Below are positions 10,039-19,644 of a stretch of DNA of 64,000 bases, one piece after another. Location: assembly GCA_965216565.1 (NCBI GenBank), contig OZ244170.1, positions 3,360,001 through 3,424,000 of the forward strand, read 5' to 3'. Source of the DNA: Bythopirellula sp. GTDB taxonomy: Bacteria > Planctomycetota > Planctomycetia > Pirellulales > Lacipirellulaceae. The notes under the pieces are model-generated. The model was given only the letters and a program-made list of their open reading frames with translations, was not told the origin of the DNA and did not search any database. The position numbers and the translations under genes were made by a program. Every line of letters begins with the position of its first letter. Position 1 is the first letter of the stretch.

Positions 10039-12675
10039 ATGGTGCGAAATAGGTTGGGAAAACACAGAAATCCTGTGGTGTTGTTCGGCTCAGTGCTGCT
10101 ACTGAGCGCCGTGGTAGGCGTTTGGCACGCGGAACAGGTCGAGCAGGAGCGCCTTGCGCGGATTTCGGCTTCTAGTTCGTCTTCTGCCCTGTCCATCAAT
10201 GAAGCTGGACAGAACTTCGAGCAAGATATCGAAGAAGAGGCCTATCTGGTCGAAATGCAAAAAGCCCTGGCTCAGGCCGGTTGTCCAGGGTGGATGACGC
10301 TAGCCAGCGAAGGCGAAGCGGCGCTGCACCCTCCAGAATCTGGCGGCGACATCCAGCAAGTCGCGCATGCCCAACCGGTGACAGCAAGTGAACTCACTGA
10401 GAGAACGGTTCCGCGTGTTTCTTATCCCGTCCCGGTAAGAGTTGCCAGCAGGCCGCGGATCTCGGTAGCCTTGCGCGAAGCTCATCCCGTGGCAGGATCG
10501 CCAGAAGATCCCGATGACTTGCTCGATGGCCAACCTGACCTGCTGAGCACCCCTGCAGGAGATCATGCAGAAGAATCAGAACCGCAGGCACCACCGCAAC
10601 CGCCAGCGGAAAGTGCTAGCACGAACGAGAACGTTCCCGAGCAGCCGCAGTCAGCGCCCGCCAATCAGCCAGCACCAAGAGTGCAACCTCCCACCACACC
10701 AGCTCCGCCTGCCGTGGAAGTGCCTCCTTCGGCTACGCAAACTCCCACGATCACCGGGCCCGATCTTAGTTTGCCGTCTGTAGAAATGCCTACGAGTGAA
10801 CAGCCCGTCAATGTCCCGCTTGATTTGACTCCCCCGGCTAAAGAACCCGCGGAGCCGGTCCAGCCCAAGCCCGTCTTCAGCTCCCCGCCAGCTGCCAAAC
10901 AGACAAGCCCCAGTGTCCCGAGACAGGAAACCATCGAGGCGCCTGCGCCGTCTCCATTTTCGCCTCCACCCCGTCCCGCGGCCCCCCACTCGGTTTCTGC
11001 CCCGGCCAAGAAAGACAAGGCAACTTCGCATTGCGAATTCGTGGCACAGAACTGCTTTCCCACTGCCGAGGCATGTTCGAAGTGCCACGAGAAAATCTAT
11101 GACGAATGGCGCGGGTCGAGCCATGCCTACGCGGCCATCTCGCCAATGTTTCATAAATTCGAGCAGAAAATCAACGATCTCTCGCAGGGAACGATCGGCT
11201 ACTTCTGCTATCGCTGTCACATGCCCGTGGGCACCACGATGGGCGTCTCACGCGACGCACCGCTATGGGATTTGCCTCAGGTAGCTCGCGAAGGTGTCAC
11301 CTGTGTGGCCTGCCATCGAGTGAATCAGCGCTATAGCAAGGTCAACGGCGAACGTCGCATCGAGCCAGGCAACATCCACGCACCCGTTTATGGTTCCATC
11401 GGCGGTGGCGGCGTTGCCGAAGTGTTGGCACACAAGAATGAATTCAAGGTGAAGACGCATCCCAACGAGCCTGGCCCGGGACAAGACATTCACGTTGCCG
11501 GCTATTACTTCGATCAATTGCACAAGGCGGAGTTCTGTGTTTCGTGTCACCAGGTGGCCGTGCATCCAGGCATCAAGCTGGAGGTTGTGTGGGAGCAATA
11601 CCGCGCTTCGCCCGCTTGCAAGAAAGGCATCTCCTGTCAGGACTGCCACATGGGTCGGCTCCCGGGCGTGCCTAGCGGTTACGAGTATGATTCAGCCGCC
11701 GTAGTGAATGGCAAGAGTGTTAACAAACATCGCAAGCATGCCAATCACATGTTCTACGGACCGGGCTATTCGATTGCCCATCCCGGCATCTTCCCGCACA
11801 ACCCTAAAGCAAAACGCTGGTCGATGCGCGAGTGGCTGCTGTTCGATTACCGCAATGGCTGGGGAACAGAAGAATTTGAAGAACGAGTTGCCAACGGACA
11901 AATCCGCTTGAATTTCCCGCCAGTGTGGGCAGAAGCCGACGACCGCTACGATGCTCGCGAGATCGTCGAGGACAACCAAACGAAGCTATCCGAAAAGGCG
12001 TTGATGCGTCAGCAGCTGATGGAAAACGGATCGCATGTGGATGGACCCTTCTTCGATGGACCCCAAGCGCGCGGTCGCGATTTGGAATTTCACTACATCG
12101 TTACCAACACGAACGAAGGTCATAATCTGCCGAGTGGTTCCTTAGGTGCTCAGCCTCAACTTTGGGCCAACGTGGCCCTTATCGGTCCGCGAGGGAACCG
12201 ACTGTGGGAATCGGGATACACCGACCGGTGGGGGGATGTCGCGGACATCCACTCTGAGGACGTGCGTCATAAAAGAATTCCCTACGACTGGCAACTATTC
12301 AATCTACAAACGATGTTCCTCATTACCGGTGCCAAAGGTACCGACCGTGAGTTCCCCTTACCGGTGAATGTTGACTTCGATCAGCTCCCCTACCTGCGTC
12401 CCGGGGCCCAGCCAATTTCGGTATTGAACCATCCACCGTTTATTCGCATGGAAGGGCGCTCGCTGCCGCCGCTCGGCTCGCGGCAGGTGCCGTACAAAGT
12501 CCCCGGCCACTTGATGCAAGAGCCCGGTTGCTACCGGTTGTCGTTCCGAATGCGAAGCCGAGCCGAACCGATCTACTTCATGCGTTTTTGCGACGCGACC
12601 AAGGAAATGCAACGCGCCATGAATGAATGGATGGTCGACTTTCACCAATCGTCGGTGCAATTCATCGTTAAATAA
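10039..12675 (+). CDS. Pentaheme c-type cytochrome with N-terminal membrane anchor and Pro-rich stalk
   Basis: CSKCH, CYRCH, CVACH, CVSCH, CQDCH; hydrophobic N-terminus; long Pro/Ala/Glu linker; ATG 10039 preceded by AAGGA. Confidence 0.88.
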   Translation: MVRNRLGKHRNPVVLFGSVLLLSAVVGVWHAEQVEQERLARISASSSSSALSINEAGQNFEQDIEEEAYLVEMQKALAQAGCPGWMTLASEGEAALHPPESGGDIQQVAHAQPVTASELTERTVPRVSYPVPVRVASRPRISVALREAHPVAGSPEDPDDLLDGQPDLLSTPAGDHAEESEPQAPPQPPAESASTNENVPEQPQSAPANQPAPRVQPPTTPAPPAVEVPPSATQTPTITGPDLSLPSVEMPTSEQPVNVPLDLTPPAKEPAEPVQPKPVFSSPPAAKQTSPSVPRQETIEAPAPSPFSPPPRPAAPHSVSAPAKKDKATSHCEFVAQNCFPTAEACSKCHEKIYDEWRGSSHAYAAISPMFHKFEQKINDLSQGTIGYFCYRCHMPVGTTMGVSRDAPLWDLPQVAREGVTCVACHRVNQRYSKVNGERRIEPGNIHAPVYGSIGGGGVAEVLAHKNEFKVKTHPNEPGPGQDIHVAGYYFDQLHKAEFCVSCHQVAVHPGIKLEVVWEQYRASPACKKGISCQDCHMGRLPGVPSGYEYDSAAVVNGKSVNKHRKHANHMFYGPGYSIAHPGIFPHNPKAKRWSMREWLLFDYRNGWGTEEFEERVANGQIRLNFPPVWAEADDRYDAREIVEDNQTKLSEKALMRQQLMENGSHVDGPFFDGPQARGRDLEFHYIVTNTNEGHNLPSGSLGAQPQLWANVALIGPRGNRLWESGYTDRWGDVADIHSEDVRHKRIPYDWQLFNLQTMFLITGAKGTDREFPLPVNVDFDQLPYLRPGAQPISVLNHPPFIRMEGRSLPPLGSRQVPYKVPGHLMQEPGCYRLSFRMRSRAEPIYFMRFCDATKEMQRAMNEWMVDFHQSSVQFIVK

Positions 12676-12707
12676 GAACCATTGAATTAGCGACAAGCTC
12701 CCCAGAC

Positions 12708-14591
12708 ATGCCATCGCAATCCCATAGCTTCGAAGCAGCAATACTCAGGCGACTGATTTTGTCGACCCTGATCTTGCTGTCGATGTGTGGGCTAGCAAAG
12801 GCCGAGGCCTCAGGGCAACCTCTCTTTGAAGAGCCGGCAGCTCGCCTGGCTCAACGTTGCGGGCCCTACTCGAATTGTTGGCCGCGAGTTGAGGGACGCG
12901 ATTGCAAAACTTCGCTGCTGCCATCGACCACAACAGGCCCGTTGGAATCGCCCCTATTCGGACCGCCGCAGGTAACGCGTCCGCTAATCGGTCCGCCTCT
13001 ATTGCGACTTCCTCCCGTCCATGGCTGCCCACCCGATAAATGCCCGCCTCCATCTGCGCCGGGCTATATGGCCAGCCCGTTCCGGTTCGGGATCGCTTCG
13101 CCCGTTCCACCAGCAGTGGTTTCGGCGCACGCTCCGCCTTGGGAACAACTGCCCACGCAAGCGGAGCTCAAGGGCAAGGTGATGCGTGCCACGCCGCATC
13201 GTGCCGATTGTCGTAGTTCGCATGGGCAATATAGTAGCGGCGACTTCACGCCCGATCCCTTCTACAATGGCAATTGGGAAGTCTGTCAGGAGTTGGGCAT
13301 CTATGGCAACAAACGTCTCAATCCCGTCCAACGCCCGGCCATCGAATGGGGCTTGCCCTTCTATTTGAATGGCCCCATCCCGCGTTCCGAAACATGGCTT
13401 GGGAAAACCAACCTGGTGCAACCCAAGTTCTATGTCTACGGCGACTACCGGTCGGCGATGGCATACAACGACTTCAACGGCAATGACCAATCTATTTGGG
13501 CGAACCGTTTGAATTTGGATATCGATCTATGGATTACTTCTACAGAGCGATTCCATATGTTCTGGGGACCGCTCGACGAACGGCTCGAATTCACTAGCCT
13601 CGTCTACGACAATGGTGAGGTAAACAGAAACGATGCCTGGGATGGCTGGGACCAGCGTACCGATACGATGTTTTTCGAGGGCGATCTGGGCTACATCCTC
13701 GGCGGACTACAAGGCATCGAAGCCCCCTTCGACCTGCCGTTTGCCGTCGGCTTGATTCCGCTGGTTTATCAAAATGGTATTTGGATCGAAGACGCATTCG
13801 TCGGCGCGGCCATGACGATTCCCGCCAGAAACAACCCGACGCTAGATTGGTCCAACTTTGATACCACTGTGTTTGTTGGCTTTGACGAAGTCACAAACAA
13901 TCAAGCTTTTAACAATGACAACCGTGCCGCCAATATCGTAGGCGTCACGACGCAAATCGAACGTCGGGGCGGGTATTTCGAATTTGGCTACGCCTTTCTC
14001 GATGATGACGAGCAGCTAGGCCGCAGTTTCCATAGCATCGGTGCGTCCTACACCAGACGCTATTTGAATCTCCTTTCCAATTCAGTCCGCACCCTAGTGA
14101 ACACGGGCCAGGACGGGCCGCGCGATTTGCGGCCTGCAGATGGCGTGTTGGTGCTCGTCGAAAATAGCTTCCTCACTCGCAATCCTTACAACGTAATCCC
14201 CTATGCCAACTTCTTTGCCGGCTTCGGTACGCCCCGGTCAGCCGCTCGCCTGCAGGGGCCTCTGAAGAACACCGGCATCAATTTCGAGTCCGACTTGCTC
14301 ACCGGCTACCCTCTGTTGGACGACACAGGGAACAACACCTACGGCGGTGCGATCGGCGTCGATCTCCTGGGCTGGGATTTCGAGCAGCAGTTGATTCTGG
14401 AGTTTGCCTTCTTGCAAGCATTCGACGACGCCGCGAGCCGCGCTGCTCCGGGAGATCAGTATGCCGCCGGTATCCGCTACCAAAAGCCGCTGAGTCACAC
14501 GCTAATTTTCCGCGCCGACGCGATGCATGGCTGGCTGGAAAACGCCGAGGACATCAGCGGTGCCCGCATGGAACTGAGGCGGAAGTTCTAG
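12708..14591 (+). CDS. Putative outer-membrane beta-barrel (porin partner of the cytochrome)
   Basis: Signal peptide, alternating aromatic beta-strand patterns, C-terminal MELRRKF ending in Phe; 32 bp after the cytochrome. Confidence 0.65.
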   Translation: MPSQSHSFEAAILRRLILSTLILLSMCGLAKAEASGQPLFEEPAARLAQRCGPYSNCWPRVEGRDCKTSLLPSTTTGPLESPLFGPPQVTRPLIGPPLLRLPPVHGCPPDKCPPPSAPGYMASPFRFGIASPVPPAVVSAHAPPWEQLPTQAELKGKVMRATPHRADCRSSHGQYSSGDFTPDPFYNGNWEVCQELGIYGNKRLNPVQRPAIEWGLPFYLNGPIPRSETWLGKTNLVQPKFYVYGDYRSAMAYNDFNGNDQSIWANRLNLDIDLWITSTERFHMFWGPLDERLEFTSLVYDNGEVNRNDAWDGWDQRTDTMFFEGDLGYILGGLQGIEAPFDLPFAVGLIPLVYQNGIWIEDAFVGAAMTIPARNNPTLDWSNFDTTVFVGFDEVTNNQAFNNDNRAANIVGVTTQIERRGGYFEFGYAFLDDDEQLGRSFHSIGASYTRRYLNLLSNSVRTLVNTGQDGPRDLRPADGVLVLVENSFLTRNPYNVIPYANFFAGFGTPRSAARLQGPLKNTGINFESDLLTGYPLLDDTGNNTYGGAIGVDLLGWDFEQQLILEFAFLQAFDDAASRAAPGDQYAAGIRYQKPLSHTLIFRADAMHGWLENAEDISGARMELRRKF

Positions 14592-14621
14592 GGTGCACAG
14601 AGTCCACTGCGCGTGTCGTTG

Positions 14622-14918
14622 CTATTGAGATCCCAGATTGAACGGCTTGTCCCGAGCACCATGCACAACGGCAAGGATTTCCGATCTTTGTGATTCGACA
14701 CGGTAAATGATTCGATAAGAACCTTCAATTACTTGCCGTATGTTTGTGTCTTTGAACTCGGGTACGAGTTGGCCCAATTCCGGTGCCGTCGAAATCTGTT
14801 TCGTACGTGCGGTAATACGATCGACCATGCGTAAAGCATATCGTTCCGAATCACCAGCAATGTACTCGTAAATGTCTGTCAGGTGCGAGATAGCGGTAGC
14901 CGTCCATACCACTTTCAT
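14622..14918 (-). CDS. RelE/ParE-family toxin
   Basis: MKVVWTATA..LTDIYEYIA...YRIIYRV...ILAVVHGAR pattern. Confidence 0.9.
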   Translation of the reverse strand: MKVVWTATAISHLTDIYEYIAGDSERYALRMVDRITARTKQISTAPELGQLVPEFKDTNIRQVIEGSYRIIYRVESQRSEILAVVHGARDKPFNLGSQ

Positions 14919-15112
14919 AGCTTCAGACCAAACTGTAATCGCAATTGTTCAACATCCACGACGCGATCCTCTGCGGCGTCCTGCATGCCTGATTCAACGC
15001 ACTGTCGCACGTAAATTCGATACATGAGATCGTCCCAAGTCGCATCCTCAGGCAGCTCTTTGATTATTTCAAAAGCATCGGATCTGATGTTTGGCGAGTT
15101 GGCACTAGCCAT
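14915..15112 (-). CDS. Antitoxin of the RelE/ParE module
   Basis: 65 aa ORF (LPEDATWDDLMY...) overlapping the toxin start by 4 nt. Confidence 0.8.
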   Translation of the reverse strand: MASANSPNIRSDAFEIIKELPEDATWDDLMYRIYVRQCVESGMQDAAEDRVVDVEQLRLQFGLKL

Positions 15113-15442
15113 GACTGATTCCTCGAAAAGCCTAGAAAACCGTAGCCGTTAACCCGATTCATTCTACATAACATAGTGCTCCAGGGCGATTATGTTCCTA
15201 CATTCAACGGTTTGCGGTCTTTTGCTTGCACGGGGCTCAAAACCGGCTATCTTGGTAGGTAGAGTTCCATCGGTGAAGTAGCAAAAAATCTGGCAACGCT
15301 AATACAAATAGAATCAACAGTCGAAGGCGTTTGGACATTTCCCGCATAGCGGGGACAGTCCTAACGCCTTTTTCTATTGGCTCGCGAAAATCCTGGCCGG
15401 CGCGTAAGCAACGCGACTCATTTCTTGCCCAGGAACCACTAC

Positions 15443-15514
15443 ATTTACATTGGCAACACTATTTACATTGGCAACACTATTTACATTGGCAACACTACTT
15501 ACATTGGCAGCACT
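15443..15514 (+). repeat. Tandem repeat, 4 x 18 bp (ATTTACATTGGCAACACT)
   Basis: Three identical copies plus ACTTACATTGGCAGCACT, ending directly at the GAGGAG RBS of the next gene. Confidence 0.95.
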
Positions 15515-15531
15515 GAGGAGAAGAGATTCCT

Positions 15532-16134
15532 ATGATTCGAAAGCGTATTAGTCTGCACTTGGTAATCGCATCACTTGTTATCGCACCCGGCGCATCGGCA
15601 CTCGCTCAAACTATTTGGACAGGTCCAGATGTCGTGGTCGACCAGCCGGCCGGCGCGCCTCTCTCGGTCGTCGACGTCCTGATCCCGGGCGTAGCTTCGC
15701 TAACTCGCAATAGCACGGGATTATTGTGCAATACCTTGAATGGTGATACCTGTGCGTCATTTCAGGCGATCCCCTCTGATTTTGAGTTTGCGTTCTCCAA
15801 TCTCAATGGCAACGGTCCGATTGTGTATGGCTCGGCAGCGAACTTTGCGAATTTTACGTTTTCTAACATGGATAGTGCCTTCCCGAACCGGGTGGGCAAC
15901 GATCTGCCGAATCCGCAAAATGGCTTGCCCCCGGTGGCTGGAATTGGGCATCACCTCTCCAGCGATACCTACTTCGACATCGAGTTCTCGAATTGGGGCC
16001 AAGGTCCCCGTGGCAACAATCAGCCCGGTGCCTTCACCTACCGACGTTCTTCCGCCGTGCCGGAGCCGACTTCCATCGCACTTTGCACGCTACTTGGCAC
16101 CTGCGTCTTAGCGAGTGTCCGACAACGAAACTAG
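15532..16134 (+). CDS. PEP-CTERM sorting-domain surface protein
   Basis: Signal peptide; VPEPTS + TM helix + RQR tail. Confidence 0.85.
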   Translation: MIRKRISLHLVIASLVIAPGASALAQTIWTGPDVVVDQPAGAPLSVVDVLIPGVASLTRNSTGLLCNTLNGDTCASFQAIPSDFEFAFSNLNGNGPIVYGSAANFANFTFSNMDSAFPNRVGNDLPNPQNGLPPVAGIGHHLSSDTYFDIEFSNWGQGPRGNNQPGAFTYRRSSAVPEPTSIALCTLLGTCVLASVRQRN

Positions 16135-16288
16135 AAGCAGTTTCAGAATCAATGAGCCGAACGCGCTAGTTGAAAATCCGCCATGGCGGGCGTCGGGTGG
16201 CATCAGAACAACACCTAGACTTACGCTACCCGCGGCTAGCGCCGTCGGCTTACATAGAACTATTTTCGGTTCTTGAAACTGGTTCTAG
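16131..16288 (+). mobile_element. MITE-like element (family A, copy 1)
   Basis: Terminal inverted repeats CTAGAAGCAGTTTC...GAAACTGGTTCTAG; aligns to the reverse complement of 57675-57811. Confidence 0.75.
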
Positions 16289-16311
16289 TACTCCAGCACA
16301 GGATGAGCTTG

Positions 16312-16386
16312 AAAAGGGGACAGGCACGACGACCCGACGTTTGCTCAAACGCAGGTCGTTATCGTGCGTCGAGCCAGTCCCCTTTC
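16312..16386 (+). repeat. GGGGACAGGCAC...GAGCCAGTCCCC palindromic repeat (family B, copy 1)
   Basis: Matches the reverse complement of 62051-62130 at both ends. Confidence 0.75.
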
Positions 16387-16413
16387 TACGACTCCCGGAC
16401 CTGCGCAGTAGTA

Positions 16414-18444
16414 TTAATGTCCCCCCACATGATAGCGATGGCAGGTAAGGCAACTGTCGCCGGCCGCTTGTTGCGTGTGGCACTCCGCGCAGCTTGCACG
16501 GGTGATAGGCTCAAAGCCGTAGACTGCCTTGTGCGGAGAGTCGCCCTCATAGTTCGACTTGGTGATTGCCGTTGTGCTGATCGCATGACAAGCCTGGCAA
16601 TCGGCAAGGCTGGCTTGTGATAAATGGGGGCTGTGATTGAACACGGTGAAGTCGCGTCCACGATCGGTCGACTGTTTCGCCAGCCAATTGATTTCGAACT
16701 CACCGCTCTCTAGCCGATCGAGACTATGACAACTACCGCACTGCCCTGCCGCGGTCGGCACAAGCTGTTGTCGCAAGAGGGGCTCGGCAATCGCTGCGTG
16801 CGTGCCTTCAGCAGCTTCAGCCAACACATCGAGCCACGCAGTCAGAAACGGATCGGCGTGGCCCGTGGGTTGGTAGCGGATCGAAAGCGTCAAGTCGTCG
16901 CGGAACCAACCCCCGGCCGCTACCTTTTGTCGTGCTGCCGCCCGATCTTGGGCGCCTGCCGCAGAACTGTTCGCTGGCGTTGACTGCCGAGGTGGCATTT
17001 TCCGACGCGCCGCGATTTCGGCCGGCAAATCATTCAGCCATTGCGAACTGAGAGCGGCAACGTTCTCTGGCGCCAATCGCGCCGCAAGCCGCGAGAGTTC
17101 CGCCCCGCTGAGATCTCTCCCCAAAAGGGCTTGCAACCGTTCTTCAATCGCTTGCTGGCCGTGCGTTTCCAGATCGTAATATAGCTCCTTGGCTGCCCAG
17201 ACAATCTCAGCGGCAGCCGCTAGTAGCACTTCGTCGTCGGGATCGATGTCGAAAAAGTCGAAATCAACGCCCACTTGTTTCATCGCCGCGGCTGCCTTCG
17301 GATCGCTGGCGATCAGCAGCTTGGTGATTGGAGGCAGTGCTCCGTCGAACTCGTCGCCGGCCTCCGCGGGCCACTGCCCAATCCCATGGCCACTGTCGGC
17401 CAAAGTTTCCGTCTCGAGCATCGGCAATGTAAAGATCGGAACACCTGCCACCCAACTGTTCGCCAAGTCTTCGTCATGGCACTTCGCACACGATGCTTCG
17501 TAAGGCAAAGTTTGCTGGAATGCACCGGTCTCGTCGGTCGTGTGACACAGCGCGCAATCAAAATCTTGTTTCGATTCCACAAAGTGTTTCGCCTGATGCG
17601 AGCTATGATCGAACACAATGCGGGTTCGCCGTTGAGCGGGCCAGGCGGTAAACTCCGGATGATCGGTCGCAAAGCTCTCGTATTGCTCGGCATGACAAGA
17701 TTGGCAGGCCGAGTCGCTCATCCAGCTCAAATTGTGCTCGGCTCCGTGATGTTCGCGATGACACGTGCTGCACGCCAATGGCTCGGTGGGGTCGACATCG
17801 CGGTGAGTCGCAGGCATGACTGTCTCGGATTGGCCACTTGTTAGTAATACCTGCGGTTCGATATTGTGAGCCCACAGCTCGGTCCCCTGCTCGATTTGCT
17901 TGCGGTGGCACTCCATGCAGAGTTCCGACTGGGTGGGCTGCGCCAATTCAGGATGGGTCGCATGGCCGATCCATTCTCCAACCGTCTGATTGCCGGCCGC
18001 ATGACAAGTGGCACAGCGATCGGTCGCGTGCCCCTCGGCCAACAGTTGGGCATGGTGGGTGGTCAGTTCCCCCGGTGCCAGGAACTCGTTCCGCCAGTCG
18101 GCACTCAGAATGACAATCAGTGCCCCCAGCGAAAACAGCAAACACCCCCAAACAAACCGCCGACGCTGCAGACGCAGCGACATCAACGGCTGGCATTGGT
18201 AAATGTGCGAACAATGGCCCTCGGGCGAGGGACCATCGTCGCAAGGACCTCCTCGACCGGGCGAGCGGTTGCACTTCCAGCGCTCCCCTTCCAGCACGGG
18301 GTGGCAAGCCGCCGCTTGCGGACATCGACCCAGCCGCGACGGACCAACCGGGCACGACCCGTGCTCGTCGTCGAGCGCGCACATCCATGCCTGGTTCGGT
18401 CGTTCGTAGGAATCGCCCTGGAAGTCTTGTAATTTGTCTCTCAC
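16414..18444 (-). CDS. Decaheme c-type cytochrome, membrane anchored, with Cys-rich N-terminal domain
   Basis: Ten CxxCH (CATCH, CMECH, CSTCH, CQSCH, CALCH, CAKCH, CGSCH, CQACH, CAECH, CLTCH); likely GTG start at 18444 overlapping the upstream TGA. Confidence 0.88.
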   Translation of the reverse strand: MRDKLQDFQGDSYERPNQAWMCALDDEHGSCPVGPSRLGRCPQAAACHPVLEGERWKCNRSPGRGGPCDDGPSPEGHCSHIYQCQPLMSLRLQRRRFVWGCLLFSLGALIVILSADWRNEFLAPGELTTHHAQLLAEGHATDRCATCHAAGNQTVGEWIGHATHPELAQPTQSELCMECHRKQIEQGTELWAHNIEPQVLLTSGQSETVMPATHRDVDPTEPLACSTCHREHHGAEHNLSWMSDSACQSCHAEQYESFATDHPEFTAWPAQRRTRIVFDHSSHQAKHFVESKQDFDCALCHTTDETGAFQQTLPYEASCAKCHDEDLANSWVAGVPIFTLPMLETETLADSGHGIGQWPAEAGDEFDGALPPITKLLIASDPKAAAAMKQVGVDFDFFDIDPDDEVLLAAAAEIVWAAKELYYDLETHGQQAIEERLQALLGRDLSGAELSRLAARLAPENVAALSSQWLNDLPAEIAARRKMPPRQSTPANSSAAGAQDRAAARQKVAAGGWFRDDLTLSIRYQPTGHADPFLTAWLDVLAEAAEGTHAAIAEPLLRQQLVPTAAGQCGSCHSLDRLESGEFEINWLAKQSTDRGRDFTVFNHSPHLSQASLADCQACHAISTTAITKSNYEGDSPHKAVYGFEPITRASCAECHTQQAAGDSCLTCHRYHVGGH

Positions 18445-19265
18445 AGCACTCCCCCATCGAACAGGTGGGCGAGCACTCCGTGCAATGCCGCGAGTAACAA
18501 GAGTGGATAGGTAAGACCGATGTGCAAGAACAACCACATCTTCAACCGCCACTGCAAAGCGGAGTGAAAGTCGAGATCGTCGCGGCGGCGAATCAACGCG
18601 AACAACTGCTCGCAATACTGCTGTTCGGCGCTGGAAAGGTAACGACCGATTGAAGTGAGGCCTGCCAAATGAGACCGGCGCAATTCGCTGTTAGGCTTCA
18701 GATAGTATCCGAGCCGACGTGGCCGCTCGAAGTATGACTGCAAGTTCTCTGCGTAGTATTCGCCCAAGGTGGTCGCGCCTGAGGAGCGTACCGCCGCCAG
18801 CGCGACTTGCTGGGCCCGCTCCTGCAACTGGCTCCGCAGCATGGGGATGCGCTCGTAAATCACTTCCTCAGCAACGTTGGCCAGCTTGGGTGGCAACGTC
18901 CTGGTCCAATAGAGCCCTAGCAACCCACTGGCAAAGGTTAGCCCATAGAGCACGGCGAGAATCGTCTCCAAACTTCCATTGGGTAACCGCCAGGAAATAT
19001 GCATTCCAAAGACAGCCGCAGATGCCAGGCCGACATAAATATGTGTTTGCAACCAGGCGGCCGAGGACCCCCACGATGCCACCGGGATTTTTTTGCGCAG
19101 ATTATAAGCCGCCAAGAATAGCAGAGCGGCGAGGAGCAGATAGCCTGTCTGGAAATCGGTGCGTGCCAGCCGATAGTCCTGCCAGCGACACCAAATCGCA
19201 ACCGCTGCCACCGCGGCAATCGCAATGGCTGAATTTCGTAGTCTCCGACTGACGAATGATCTCAT
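18441..19265 (-). CDS. Integral membrane protein, ferric-reductase/di-heme cytochrome b-like
   Basis: Several TM helices; two His pairs each 14 residues apart (THIY...GMH and LHIG...ALH). Confidence 0.7.
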   Translation of the reverse strand: MRSFVSRRLRNSAIAIAAVAAVAIWCRWQDYRLARTDFQTGYLLLAALLFLAAYNLRKKIPVASWGSSAAWLQTHIYVGLASAAVFGMHISWRLPNGSLETILAVLYGLTFASGLLGLYWTRTLPPKLANVAEEVIYERIPMLRSQLQERAQQVALAAVRSSGATTLGEYYAENLQSYFERPRRLGYYLKPNSELRRSHLAGLTSIGRYLSSAEQQYCEQLFALIRRRDDLDFHSALQWRLKMWLFLHIGLTYPLLLLAALHGVLAHLFDGGVL

Positions 19266-19315
19266 ACCGATACAAGTGGACTTAGCTAATGGTTCATGTT
19301 GAACGACGACAAATA

Positions 19316-19499
19316 AGCCCGGAGGGCTGACACAACCTTAGCCGGTGCCGTCAGGCACGGGACTCATGGATGAATTAATGGTTAGGCCTGAAAGGCCGAC
19401 ACAGCGATTTTGTGTCGGCCCTTCAGGCCTAGCGTTTCCACGCCTAATACGCACCGGTGGCTCACGCCACCGGCTAAGGTTGTTATAACCCTCCGGGCT
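19316..19499. mobile_element. Non-autonomous palindromic element (REPIN-like) matching the ends of the IS200-type element
   Basis: Nested inverted repeats AGCCCGGAGGG...CCCTCCGGGCT; left and right halves align to 31221-31313 and 31786-31873. Confidence 0.8.
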
Positions 19500-19644
19500 T
19501 AGTGAAAACTGTTTGCTGACTACTCTCAAGTACCGGTAGGCGTTGGGGAATAATCATTTTCAAGACTCAAACTTGAATACTCGTCAACACAACCTAGCGT
19601 CTAGCAGTCTGCATGCGAAGTGCTGGGGGCGAACTGGCGGATTT

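Noticed and set aside
15443..15514. Possible CRISPR array
   Set aside because: Repeats are contiguous with no spacers, and no cas genes are present
18445..18615. N-terminal extension of the decaheme ORF
   Set aside because: Overlaps the upstream gene by 175 nt; a coupled GTG start at 18444 is more plausible
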